From NCBI RefSeq assembly GCF_006345805.1, contig NC_043006.1, positions 27,280,001 through 27,344,000 on the forward strand: a stretch of DNA of 64,000 bases, written 5' to 3'. Shown one piece after another: positions 36,331 to 48,865 of the stretch. How positions within the stretch are numbered: position 1 is the stretch's first letter; each line of letters opens with the position of its first letter. The notes below the pieces were generated by a model. That model ran no database searches. It was not told where the DNA came from and saw nothing but the letters and a program-made list of their open reading frames with translations. This DNA comes from Octopus sinensis (taxonomy: Eukaryota). A program made the position numbers and the translations under genes.

Positions 36331-37599
36331 ATGAACTGCTGAGAAATTTCATCATCATCATCATCATTTAACTTACACTTTTCTATGCTTGCATGGGTTG
36401 GATAGGACTTGAGATTTTCTACAGCCAAATATTCTACTAGTTACTAAATCTCACCTGTGTGTATAAACATATATGCACATCTCTGTTTGTGTGTGCATAA
36501 CTTGGAGTATATATATGTCTCCTTGTTCATAACTCTTGTAAAGGTAAGGCACACCCAATGTTACTATTTATAATTGTTTGGTGAAGAGTGAGGAAGTTCA
36601 ATGCAAATCAAATTGAACACACCTGGTTCTATGGGAAGCAACTGTACAAATTTTGTTATTTCAGAAAAAAAAAAAGTTAAATTTGCCTGTCCCTCCACTC
36701 TTTAGGGGTGGATAAATAGCAATGGTATGAGTAGAATTGGCATCCTATTAGCAGAGAAATAGATAGACGAATTAATGGAGATAATCACATTATCTCATAA
36801 AATATTCAAAATATTAAACAGTTATTCAAATACAACACCTGCAGGAAGGAAATGAGAAAGGCCTGTGATTTAGGAAAGAAGGATTGGATGTAGCAATTAG
36901 TGCAGGAATGGGGAAGCTGTATGCAATTGCTCACCCTGCAAGAAATGGCACCCAATAACACTAAAGACACGTTTCATATTTCATTGACAAAATACGAAGC
37001 TATGATTAAAGATGATAGAAGATATAAGAATGTTGACATCTGAAATTTACACCTAATATTTTACGCTTGTTGATATAGCTTCATGTTATAAATAGCCGAT
37101 ATATATATAAAATCAAAACTGAACCATATTCGATGGCTGACACCTGTGCCAGTGGAGCACTAATAGCTCCATCCGAGTGGGATCACTGCCAGAGCAGCTG
37201 TCTGGCTTCCGTGCTGGTGGCACATAAAAAGCACCATTTGAGTGTGATCGTTACCTGCGTCACCTTACCGGCACGTGAACAAAACATTTGAGTGAGGTTG
37301 TTGTCAGTGCCGCTGGACTGACTCCTGTGTAGGTGGCATGTAAAAAAAGCCATTTGAGCATGGCCGTTGCCAGTACTGCCAGACTGGTCCTAATGCCGGT
37401 GGCACATAAAAGCACCCACTACACTCTCTGAGTGGTTGGCATCCAGCTGTAGAAACTTTGCCAGATCAGATTGGAGCCTGGTGCAGCCATCTGGTTCACA
37501 AGTCCTCAGTCAAATCGTCCAACCCATGCTAGCATGGAAAGCAGACGTTAAATGATGATGATGATGCTGATAAAATAGTCTCTGGTTTTTATTTACAAT

Positions 37600-39640
37600 A
37601 AATTTTGTGTCCACACATCTCTACATCATTGTAATTTTTTCTTTCAGTCTTACAACAGTAGAAGCCCTAGCATTATTGGAAAAGCTGGGCAATGGAGGCG
37701 ATGTTCACAAGGGTCTCCCTCACAAAATAGAACTCATTGGCAGTGACAGTGATGCTTCAGATGATGAGGCTGTAGGTTCCTCGGTTCAACTGAAAAAAGG
37801 GCTTTTGGAAACTGACACAAATTTCTTGTCAACAGGACATGCCTGAAGAAATTGAAGAAGTTGCAGGAAATCTAAAACAAACTAAATTCAGTAAAACAAG
37901 AAATTGGAAGTAAAATGAAGCAGTGAATCATGTTTCAATTTCATGTGAGCCTGTAGATATATCCGAGGAAGCAAAATCTTGCCCAAATCCAGTAGATTTC
38001 TTTAGTTTGTTCTTCACAGATGAATTACTGGATGACATTGTAGAATAAACAAACCAATATGCTGTTCAAAAATGTAAAGTTCTGAATGTATGGAGCTGTA
38101 TGTATTCTTTGGTGGATTGCTTCCGTCAGCTCACTGTCTACTCCCTAATAAAAGAAGGTATTGGTCATCTGAAGACAATGTTCCAAAAATTTTATAAAAT
38201 AGCATGAGGTGAGACGGATTTGAGAATATATTGAGAAATATCCACTTAGTGGATAACGCCAATGCTTCAAGAGACGATCGTGCATTCAAACTCAGACCTC
38301 TACTTGACCACTAACAAAAAAAATCTAAGGAACATGGTGGCTTGGGAGAACATCTCTCTGTTGACAAACGTATGATTCTATGTTAAGGCAAGCACTGTGC
38401 CAAACAATTTATAAAAGAGAAACCAATTTGGTTTAGTTTCAAAGTTTGGGCTCTTTGTTCTCAGCATGGATACATGCATGCTTTTGACCTCTACACTGGC
38501 AAGAAAGATGGTCCCAATAAAACCGAAAATGTTTGGCCTAGGTGGGGACATTGTCCTTGATCTCACTGATGCTGTAGGAGTACTGGACAATAAAGGTTTC
38601 AAAATATTTTTTGATGACTATTTCACAAGTATTCAGTTGATGGAGAAACTTTTTGAGAAAGGAATATGTGCATTGGGAATCTGCAGAGAAAATAGGATGG
38701 CTAGATGTCCTTTGAAGATGCAAACTGAAATGAAAGCATGCCCTAGAGGAACAGCTGACTTCAAATCCACTTCAAATGTAGTTGCTCTGAAATGGAAAGA
38801 TAATAACGATGTTGTTCTGCTATCAAACTTTGAATCCTATAAAATGTCCATTGTTGAGTGCTAAGTATGGTAGGACTCAAAAGAAATATGTTCCAATTCT
38901 ACAGCCTGAAAGTATCCAAAATTACAACAAATATATGGGATTTCTTGACCTTCTGGATCATAACATCGGTTTCTATAGGATTCGAATGCAGCAAAATAAA
39001 TGGTGGTGTTTGTATCTGTAGCAACCCAAAATGCATGCATCTTGATGAATAGGGCAGGGCACAAAATTACATTATACAATTTCATTGAAAACATTTCTCT
39101 AATTCTGTTGAAAAAGTATGGCACTCCAAAGTTTCAAAGATTTTGTACATCTGCTGATTTGAAAGACAATGCAAGATATGCATTAGATTGAATATATTCT
39201 AAATGAAAGAAGATACAAAGAGTGCTCTGGGAAAAGTCATTTCATATGTGAAAAATGTGATGTAGGATATCATCCCAAATGTTTCAAGAAGTATCTTGTT
39301 CAGTAAAGCTGTATAGTTTCATTTCAAAACGATATATTTTACGAAATAAATTTTCAGTTTTCATTGATATCTTATTTATGTGAACAGGAATTATTCTCAT
39401 AATAAAGTTATGGTCAGATATAATACTTTTATTAGCCTCTAAATAAATAAATAAGTTAACAAGCTTATTAAAGATTCATATGCACAGTGCCTAATGTCTG
39501 TTATAACTGACTGATTATTTCAGGAAATATCAAACAGTTTTCAATGATTTTTTTTTTTCAGTTGTTATTTAGGTCAAAATGATAGTATCTGTGAATTTTC
39601 AGGCAATTTTGATCACTAGAAAAATTTCGGCACGAATGGG
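37600..39640 (+). mobile_element. piggyBac transposase pseudogene (PGBD2/3-like) with intact right end
   Basis: PVDFFSLFFTDELL, HLSVDKRM, IFFDDYFTSIQL, KWKDNNDV, NKYMGFLDLLDH and C-terminal CEKCDVGYHPKCF, with multiple stops. Ends cggcacgaatggg|TTAA (39641-39644); left TIR not found. Confidence 0.9.
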
Positions 39641-39766
39641 TTAAGTGTATCAATTGGTCACATATCATAAGGTTCAAAAGAACTTATTGAAGCCCACCAA
39701 CATGCACATGGTAATGCCATGAGCAATAGCAAGACTAAGACACTGTAACAGCCAAGCACCATCGCA

Positions 39767-42114
39767 TTGCTTCCACCCATGAAATCTCTTCTCTAGTTCT
39801 GGTAGTCATTCAACGATAAGAACAAGGTCATCATCTTAGAGGAATACCCAAACACATGTATTTATCTTTGTCTATACTTGGATGTCTATAAATGGATGTA
39901 TGCAGGTGTTTTTAAAAAATGAAAGAGTGCTCAATTTCAGGATTAGAATTTGGCCAAACTCAGAACTCACGCTTTGTTTTATTAACCACAAAAGTCATAA
40001 TCATTCAGTATGCAATTTCTTGAGATGACAGCTGTGAAGGCAGCACAAATTTGAAACAAAATACTGGTACCTCGGTAAAGTGATTCGCTGACAATGGCAA
40101 GAACTTCACTATCTGTGATCCAGTTCCTCCAAATAATTATATTAGAATGAAATTATTTAAAAATTACTATAGTCAATAAGTAATATATATTTCATTACAA
40201 AAGTAAAAACATTTAACAACTTTTAAAAAAGATATTTTAGCCATAGTTTGCCAACCACTGAAGAATTCTATTGTGTTGTTTTATTTGACACTATTAGTAT
40301 TTTGTATTGTTCATCTTGATCTAGCCGAACCCATTATTGAAAGACAGTGCAGCCTTGCTTGGTCAACTTTTGTATTAGCCATCGTCAGAGGGAAAAGGGT
40401 GCAGAATTGGGAACCAACAATCTATATATTAATATGCTAAGGCCGAAATGTGTTATGATGTCATGTAATTAGTTGAAGGGAAAGGCAAAGAGGGAGAGAG
40501 ATATTTTTAAAAAGCTAATTGAAGATAGTGATATAGAGAGAGTTAGAAATAGAATATTTAGCAGAGGGGTCATGTTCAGGTGGTGAAGTTAAAGAAAGGC
40601 AAATAAAGAAGTGTGGGTGGTGGGAGTAGTGACATTATTGCCAGCCAATTCATTAAGCTGCCATGTGGTTAGTGGACGTGAAAGGTGAAGAGAAAGAAAT
40701 GATAACGATGTGAAAAGGGGAAAGACATGATTAAAAAGTTTGTTGAAGTAAGAAGTAGAGAGAAAAAGAGAGATATAAAGTGTTTAGCAAAGGGAAATTT
40801 CAAACATCATCATCATTATCATTTAACGTCTATTTTCCATGCTGGTATGGGTCAGGCAGTTTGACTGAAGATGGCTCTAGTCACAAATGAATGGACAAAC
40901 GAAAGAAAAAGGCATGGGTGCCTTTCGCATGTCACTGGCACAGGTGCCCTTTACGTGTCACCAGCATGGGTCCCTTTCATGAGACACCGGCATTGGTCAC
41001 AACTATGATTCCACTTAGCTTGATGTGTCTTCTCAAGCACAGCAAATTACCAAAAGTCTTGGTCACTTCTCACTGTCTCCATAAGATTCAACAACTGAAG
41101 CTCATATTTCACCAGCTCATCCCACATCTTCCTGGAACTATCTCTTCCACAGTTAAAGATTGGCACTTCTTTATGCAGCTGTCCTTGTTGATACACATCA
41201 CATGATCATATCATTGCAGTCTTCTCTCTTGCACACTGCATCTGATGCCACTTATACTCAATTTACCTCTTGAGATGCTTACATTCTGTCATACACTGAT
41301 TGCACATCCAGTGGAGCATCCTAACTTCATTTCTTTCAAACCTTTGCATGTCCTCTGCAGTTACAGCCCATGTTTCACTGTCATGTAGCATGGCTGTTTA
41401 CACACATAGATCGTGCAATCTGCATTTCACTCAGATGGAGAGGCCCTTAGTTACCAGCATCTATGTTCTGAGAGCATCCTCCTCTACTGCTAGCTTGTTC
41501 ACCTAAGTAACAGAGGCTATCTGCTACTTCTAAGTATACCCCTGCCTGGCATTTTACAAAGTCTATTTTCTGTACATTTCAAGTGTTTATTGTACCTGCA
41601 CATCTGCCACACACAAAGATTACTTTCTCTGTTAACCTTCATTTGATACTGCTGCACCTCTTGTGTGTCCATAGTTTGCACTGGGTACCCTACGTAGAGT
41701 TTCTACAAACACTTTTTCTGCATATTGTGCAAGGCCATCTCCCTGAAGGGATTTGTGATGTCTGTTTTTGTATTTACTAAGGCTTTGGCTTTTGCTAAAT
41801 TAACTCTCAGGTTCTTTGATTCCAGACTTTGCTTCCACCCATGAAATCTCTTCTCTAGTTCTGGTAGTCATTCAACGATAAGAACAAGGTCATCATCTTA
41901 GAGGAATCCCCAAACAAATGTATTTATCTTTGTCTATACTTGTATATTTATAAATGGATGTATGCAGGTGTTTTTAAAAAATTTCAGGATTAGAAGTTGG
42001 CCAGACTCAGAACTCACATACGCTTTGTTTTATTAACCACAAAAGTCATAATCATTCAGTATGCAATCTCTTGAGATGACAGCTGTGAAGGCAGCACAAA
42101 TTTGATACAAAATA
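39767..42114 (+). repeat. ~290-bp direct repeat pair (39767-40064 and 41829-42114)
   Basis: ttgcttccacccatgaaatctcttctctagttctggtagtc..ggcagcacaaatttga..caaaata occurs twice with few differences. Confidence 0.9.
40805..41500 (-). mobile_element. RTE LINE 3' end with (CAT)n tail
   Basis: Minus strand TAMLHDSETWAVTAEDMQRFERNEVRMLHWMC; catcatcat tail at ~40805-40822. Confidence 0.8.
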
Positions 42115-43019
42115 TCAGTGATCTCATATATTTACACTGTTTTACAGTTAGTAATGGGGGAATAACACTCAATGGAACAAATAAAAATCAAAACAAACGA
42201 TTCAAGATAAGTCTTGTTTATTTACTTCAATCTGCTCTACGTTCATATCTTGAAATTTATATAAATATACAACATAAATGTAAACATGGATATAATCATA
42301 CTCTCACATACACAGATATTTAGTTTCTGTACATGTGTGACTGAATGAATAAGTAAAAACAAATAAATAATGCCTACTTTTATGCAGTGATCAACATTTG
42401 TGGAAGCACTTTCTTGTAATTCAACACTTGGAGACTACAACCATTTACATTTTGTTACGAGGTAGTATTGTTTAGAGTTTATGTCTTGGCAGAATGTACA
42501 GACATCTTGGGGTGGATGTAATCCACTATAATATTTGTAAATTTCATGACAGTTTATCTCACTGTATGATAGCATGTACAGACACTAGGTGTGTCCATAT
42601 GCTGAAGCAGGGAGTGGGGAGCGCATTTTAGTGTATAGCAGGTTGCTGGTTCACTTGAGGTCATTCAGAGTATGAAGTGGGTGGGCTTTCCTGTGATTGT
42701 AGGTATTGGGGTGTAATATAGGAAGACACCAGGGAGAAGAGAGGTTAGAGGAGACTGGTGCATTGTAATCCCTTAAATGTTGAAGTTATTAGGGAGTTTA
42801 GTGAGTATATTTCTCTTGGAGCTGAAGATTAAATGTCAGGGTTGTGGATAATTTACCTAACCAGTCTGTAACTGGAGTATTTCAAGAACAGAAATGTGCT
42901 TGCATGTTTGAAGTATTTATATGTGAACAAAAGAAGGCCCTTTTCATTTTATTTAAGATATTTATTTATAGAGACAGTATCTAGAACTTTTTTTCTTCAT
43001 CAAGAATAAATTGCACTAC

Positions 43020-44300
43020 CTGTCCATGGTACTTTTTGTCTTTGTGACAATACTCTATTTAATAGAGAAGGGTTACTTATTTTGTGGTTTTTTAAGATCT
43101 ATGTGAATTCTGATAATAAGGTAAAATTGCTGTAATTTCTCTCTGTCTAAACAAGATGGGCTGTGTATTAAGATTTGAATGTATTTTTGTTGAGGCTGAT
43201 ATACACCTTTCCCTTCCTTCTGGTTATCTAAAGCATCAACTCTATTCACAACCTCCTTTTCAAAGCAATTTTTATCCAAGAGTTGACTGTGCGCCAACAA
43301 ATATAGATCTGTAATGATGATGGTACACTGTTTTTGACTTTTGCACTGTGTGATCTACTGCCTAAACAACTAACATTAACAGAGTTTATGTCGAAGATTT
43401 TCTGGTACTTATGGTTTGGAAGGAAATGCATGTCTAAGTATTTGTAGCTGCATTCATACTAAAGAAAGGATTGTATCACATGATTTCCTATTTTTGAGCC
43501 AATTAGTTCCAGTGGAGATGGTTCTATAACTTATTTCAAAATGTATCTCTTTAGTACATTTATATAGTAGGAGGTAGCCATATTAAATATACTCTTATCT
43601 AAAGACAGACAAGAGATATTTTTGGTTATGTTGCTTGTGATATACTTAATAATCAATGAGTGGTGGATGGAGCCCTTGTTTGTACAAGTAATCTCTTCAT
43701 TCCATTTAAGGAGTGGGTAGTATTTTCAGGTGTACACATTCAATGCCATATCTAGGTAGTTAGCAATTTTGAGATATATATTCATTGTTGTCCAGTCCTA
43801 AGTTTTAATTGGTTAAATACTTTAAGTAGATTTTATTTTTCTATTTCTATCCATGTCTTGTTATGTACAAGACTTAGACCCTCATCATGAAATAATCCTA
43901 TTCTGGCCTCTACATTTCTGAGTATATTTAGAATATAAAAGGCCACAGGGTCTATTTCAGACCATCAATGGGTACATTGAAGAATTCTTCACCTTTCTTC
44001 TTAACTCAGTAAGAATCATCACAAAATAACTGATTTTCAGGTGTTCAAGATGATGCAAATATTGGTCCATACAGTGGTATACAACTTGGTGAACTTGAGA
44101 GTTTGCAGGAGATAATTCATAGAAACTAACAGGTAAAACTGTACTACACTGTGTGTAAACAGACCACAGTGCTAAGTTCTCACTAATGGATATATTTGTG
44201 CTCTTACTGAGCTTTTATCTAGAGTACTCTTCAAATATGCTTGGGAGTATTTACCTTCTTTCTTTACATGGCTTGCTGCCATTTTCTGACTCATCATTTA
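43020..44300 (-). mobile_element. Decayed Penelope RT/GIY-YIG relic directly downstream of ZNF-D
   Basis: Minus-strand fragments FYILNIL..IGLFHDEGL, LKIANYLDM..KYYPLLKWNE and CNLFLMKK resemble Penelope YRDDGL / NYLDVTL..YYPYRKPN / CNLCLxEK. Confidence 0.55.
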
Positions 44301-44461
44301 CCTATTTCTGATGACTTATAGTGCACCTGACTACTGTATACAGTAAGAGAAAGATTTATAAAAGAATGTTGGGAGGTTATCAGACACTGTTATATCTCCT
44401 TTCCTGTATGGATATATTTGTAAGCTATTTTTTCATAAAACAAATACTGAAATTTATATAT

Positions 44462-46405
44462 TTACTTTTCTGTATGAATACATACATGTGTAGTCACATG
44501 ACTTCTTTTAGAGAATGATTTACCACAGATATCACAATGATATGGTTTCTCTCCTGTATGAATGCGTTTGTGTTTTGTTAGGGTACTATTTACAGTGAAT
44601 GCTTTACCACAGATCTCACAACAATATGGTTTCTCACCTGTATGAATACGCTTATGTTTAGCTAAAGCACTTCCTTCTGAAAAGGATTTACCACAGGCAT
44701 CACAATGATACGGTTTCTCTCCTGTATGAATGCGTTTGTGTTTAGTTAAGTGACTTCCTTCTGAGAATGACTTACCACAGATGTCACAGTGATATGGTTT
44801 TTCTCCTGTGTGAATACGTTTGTGAATTGTTAATCCACATACTCGTGGGAACGATTTACCACAGATATCACAGTGATAGGGCTTCAATCCTGTATGAATA
44901 CGCTTGTGAATAGTTAATTCACTTCCTACAGAAAACGATTTGCCACAGATATCACAGTGATAGGGCTTCTCTCCAGTATGAATACGCTTGTGTTTTGTTA
45001 ATGTACTATTTACAGTGAATGATTTACCACAGACATCACAATGATATGGTTTTTCTCCTGTATGAATACGTTTGTGAGAATTTAATCCACATGTTTGTGG
45101 GAATGATTTACCACAGATATCACACTGATAGGGCTTTGCCCCTGTATGAATGCGTTTGTGAGTAGTTACTTGACAACTCAGAGAGAATGATTTACCACAG
45201 ATATCACAGTGATATGGTTTCTCTCCAGTATGAATGCGTTTGTGGTTAGTCAAATTATCATTTCGAGAGAAGGATTTACCACATACATCACAGTTATAGG
45301 GCTTCACTCCAGTATGAATACGTTTGTGATTGGTCAAAGCACTTCCTTGAGAGAATGATTTACCACAGATGTTACAGCAATATGGCTTCTCTCCTGTATG
45401 AATACGCTTGTGAGGTGTTAAATAACCACTCTGAGAGAAAGATTTACCACAGATATCACAATGATAGGGTTTTCTTCCTGTATGAATACGTTTATGAGTT
45501 GTTAACTCACCACTTCGAGGAAAAGCTTTACCACATATATCACAGTTATATGGCCTTTCACCTGTATGAATTCGTTTGTGAGTAGTTAAATCATTTTTCT
45601 GACAGAATGATTTACCACAAACATCACATTGATAGGGTTTCTCTCCTGTATGAATACGCCTATGAGTAGTCAAAGTACCATTTTCAGAGAATGATTTACC
45701 ACAGATATCACAGTGATAGGGTTTCTCTCCTGTATGAATGTCTCTGTGTTTAGATAAACTACTGCTTTGAGAGAATGATTTACCACAGATTTTACAATGA
45801 TATGGCTTAACTCCCGTGTGAATACGTTTGTGCTGAGTTAAGGCACCTCCTTCAGAGAATGATTTACCACAGATATCACAGTGATATGGCTTCTCTCCTG
45901 TATGAATGCGTTTGTGTTTTGTTAATGTACTATTTACGGAGAATGATTTACCACAGATACCACAGTGATATGGTTTCTCTCCTGTATGAATGCGGTTGTG
46001 TATAGTTAACTCATCATTTCGAAAGAATAATTTACCACAAATATCACAGCGATAGTGCTTCTCTCCAGTATGAATACGTCTGTGAGTAGTTAAATTACTT
46101 TTTTGAGTGAATGACTTATTACAAATATTACAATAATATGGCTTCTCTCCTGTATGAATACGTTTGTGTTTAATTAAGTCATCATTTCGAGAGAAAGATT
46201 TACCACAAATATCACAGTCGTAGCAGTTCTCTCCAGTATGAATACGTTTGTGAATAGTTAAGTTACTTTTTTGAGTGAATGACTTTTTACAGGTATCACA
46301 ATTGTATAATGGTTTCCCTGTCTCTTTCGGTTTCTCATCAGGAAAATCAATCTTTTTCAATCCTCTTTCACATTTATACTGATTCCCACATAATTCACTT
46401 TCCAT
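44462..46405 (-). CDS. C2H2 zinc-finger protein ZNF-D (647 aa; 22 canonical fingers)
   Basis: Uninterrupted ORF with 22 C2H2 repeats and the same leader type as A/B. Minus-strand acceptor ttttattttag (AG at 46729-46728) matches the A/B acceptor position. Confidence 0.95.
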   Translation of the reverse strand: MESELCGNQYKCERGLKKIDFPDEKPKETGKPLYNCDTCKKSFTQKSNLTIHKRIHTGENCYDCDICGKSFSRNDDLIKHKRIHTGEKPYYCNICNKSFTQKSNLTTHRRIHTGEKHYRCDICGKLFFRNDELTIHNRIHTGEKPYHCGICGKSFSVNSTLTKHKRIHTGEKPYHCDICGKSFSEGGALTQHKRIHTGVKPYHCKICGKSFSQSSSLSKHRDIHTGEKPYHCDICGKSFSENGTLTTHRRIHTGEKPYQCDVCGKSFCQKNDLTTHKRIHTGERPYNCDICGKAFPRSGELTTHKRIHTGRKPYHCDICGKSFSQSGYLTPHKRIHTGEKPYCCNICGKSFSQGSALTNHKRIHTGVKPYNCDVCGKSFSRNDNLTNHKRIHTGEKPYHCDICGKSFSLSCQVTTHKRIHTGAKPYQCDICGKSFPQTCGLNSHKRIHTGEKPYHCDVCGKSFTVNSTLTKHKRIHTGEKPYHCDICGKSFSVGSELTIHKRIHTGLKPYHCDICGKSFPRVCGLTIHKRIHTGEKPYHCDICGKSFSEGSHLTKHKRIHTGEKPYHCDACGKSFSEGSALAKHKRIHTGEKPYCCEICGKAFTVNSTLTKHKRIHTGEKPYHCDICGKSFSKRSHVTTHVCIHTEK

Positions 46406-48865
46406 AATGTTTTGATTTTCCTCACAATATACACTGTTCTTTTTTGTGTTTTTATATTATTTTCCTAATAAATATTTCTAATTTTCTATTTAACTTGATT
46501 GTGTTCTTTACCAGTGCTTGGTGATGTAGCAAATTCCTTTAGAAATTTCTTCATTTTTGCCAATAATTCCAGTTAGAAGAAATATTTCAAACTAATTCCC
46601 AACAGATTTATATAAACTGTGTTATATCTGTTCTGTATAACATCTTCCTTTAGTCTTTAAATGATGATAAAAATTGATGAGGGGTCATAAGTTAGAAAAT
46701 ACTTTCCTGGGAATGTCATTTGATAATCTAAAATAAAAGAGAAACAGTATAAGACACAGGGGATACTTTATAAAAAGTAGATAAACTGTAGATATAAATA
46801 TTTAAGAACTGATCAGATATATCATCTTTCAAGATAAGGTGAAAGGTGAGGAAAAGTTGGGTGCCATTTGTAGCAGGTTGAAGAGTTACTTCCCTTCATA
46901 ACTTGTCGTTTAACCCAAGACCGGCCTTGACTAAACAAGTTACTGTTATTTAGACCTTGGTCAAAACTTAGCCACCTCACTAATGATGAAAGGAATCTCA
47001 ACCATCAACCGTCTTTTTCAGAGTACAAATCTTTATTGACTTCTATTTGTAGCTGCTGGTTCTTGTCTAATATTAAGTCGGCCCTGATATAAACCCACTA
47101 TGAAAGATATTTTTGTTTCTATGACAGAAGCAAATTTTATATCAGATAAATTAAAAGAAAAACATTATATTGATAAACAAAGAAAAGACAATTGAATTTA
47201 ACAAAAAAATTCAAACAGAAAGTACCTTGTATAAATGTCCTTCAGTGAATAATAACAGTTGAATTGGTGTGAAGGTGTGACTGAACACTTTCCCCATTGA
47301 TATAACATTTTATGAACTTTAATAAAACATCTGGGGGTAAAAAGAAATTTCAAGATGTAGTTTTCAAAGTTTATTTCAGCAAACAATATCAGTAGGAAAA
47401 TACATGAGTATAAGAATATGAGTGACATGGTTGTGAATGAATGAAAGTTTAATAATGTTTACAACACTAGCACTGCTTCTAATTCATAATTGAATTTAAT
47501 TGTATGTATGCATCGTTGAAGCATACCAGCAAATGGTTTTTACACTAGTTGTATATAGTCATACAATGGCAATTCAGTTGTGCCCATGTATGGGAGTGAA
47601 GATCTGAATATCACAATAAAGAATGGAGGAAGACTTGCTACTAATTTGGGACAAGAAATGAAAGAGAGAGCCTTTTGGTATAGGTGAGTGAGAGTAGGGG
47701 AATCATGAACAAACCAATCATACATCTCGTTGGGATGGTCAAAAGACAAGTCTTAGGGGAAAAATTTAATCAAGCCAATAAACTGTGAAGGAGAGAGAGA
47801 CAAAAAAAAAATTTCATTAAAGTATGTGCGGTGGGGTATGTGGGTTTAACAATAAGTTTCAAGGGAAAAATGCTAAAACTAGACATTGCCAAGGGAGTGT
47901 TTAAAACAATATGGTTAATAATAAAACTAATGTCGAGTGAATGGAACTGGTATCACTAATTTCTCAAATCCATATCCTTGCTATTACTGCCATTGCATTC
48001 AGACAGCAATGACCATAACAGCTTTCTGGTTGTTGATTCATGATTCATTCAATGTATATTTATTATTTTAGTTAAATTTTACTTTCAAAGACCAGAATCT
48101 CTATCTTCAATACATCTGACTATGCTATCACTGCAGCAGTGTGTTTAGTGCCATATTAGTAGATAGAACAAAGAATTTCTAGGTTGTGTATGTATGATAT
48201 ACTTTGCAGCTTAATCAAAAGTGTCAACAGCTTTCCAAATCATGAACAGAATGTTCATGACATTTTTCTTTGCCTGTGATGTTATATTACTAAGCCAAAT
48301 GCAATAGATGTGTGTATTATCAGCTTTCAGCAGTCAGAACATCTTTACACATCATTTTCCATATACTTCACATACCTGTACCAGTGCAGTCATTTCTGTC
48401 CAGTTTTTATCTCAGCTCATTTGTACTCTGGTGTTTATGTTCACTGACTTTACACATTCAGCAGAACATCTTTACTTCATTTCTTTCTAGTATATGCATG
48501 GCCTACAACTCACTACTATGCAGTCTTATACACAAACATTATTCAATCTGCCCTTCACTTTGAGGGAGAAGCCCTTTGTTACCAACAGCTAACAACTCCC
48601 TGAGCTTTTTGAAATATCTACCTCCACTGATAATTAAGTCAACTAGCTCACGGAAGCAACCAACTATATCTTGTGATCCTATCAAGCATTAAAAAATCTA
48701 TTACCCAAACTATATGCCCTTAGTGCTTATTGCCACACAAAAGTCTGCTTTCTCTGTAAGCCTGCTTGTGGTTCTACTGTACTTGTGTATCTATAGTTTA
48801 CACCAAGAAACTTTATGAAATTCCTATCTATTCTATTCCTGCATAGTGAACAACATTATTTCTCT

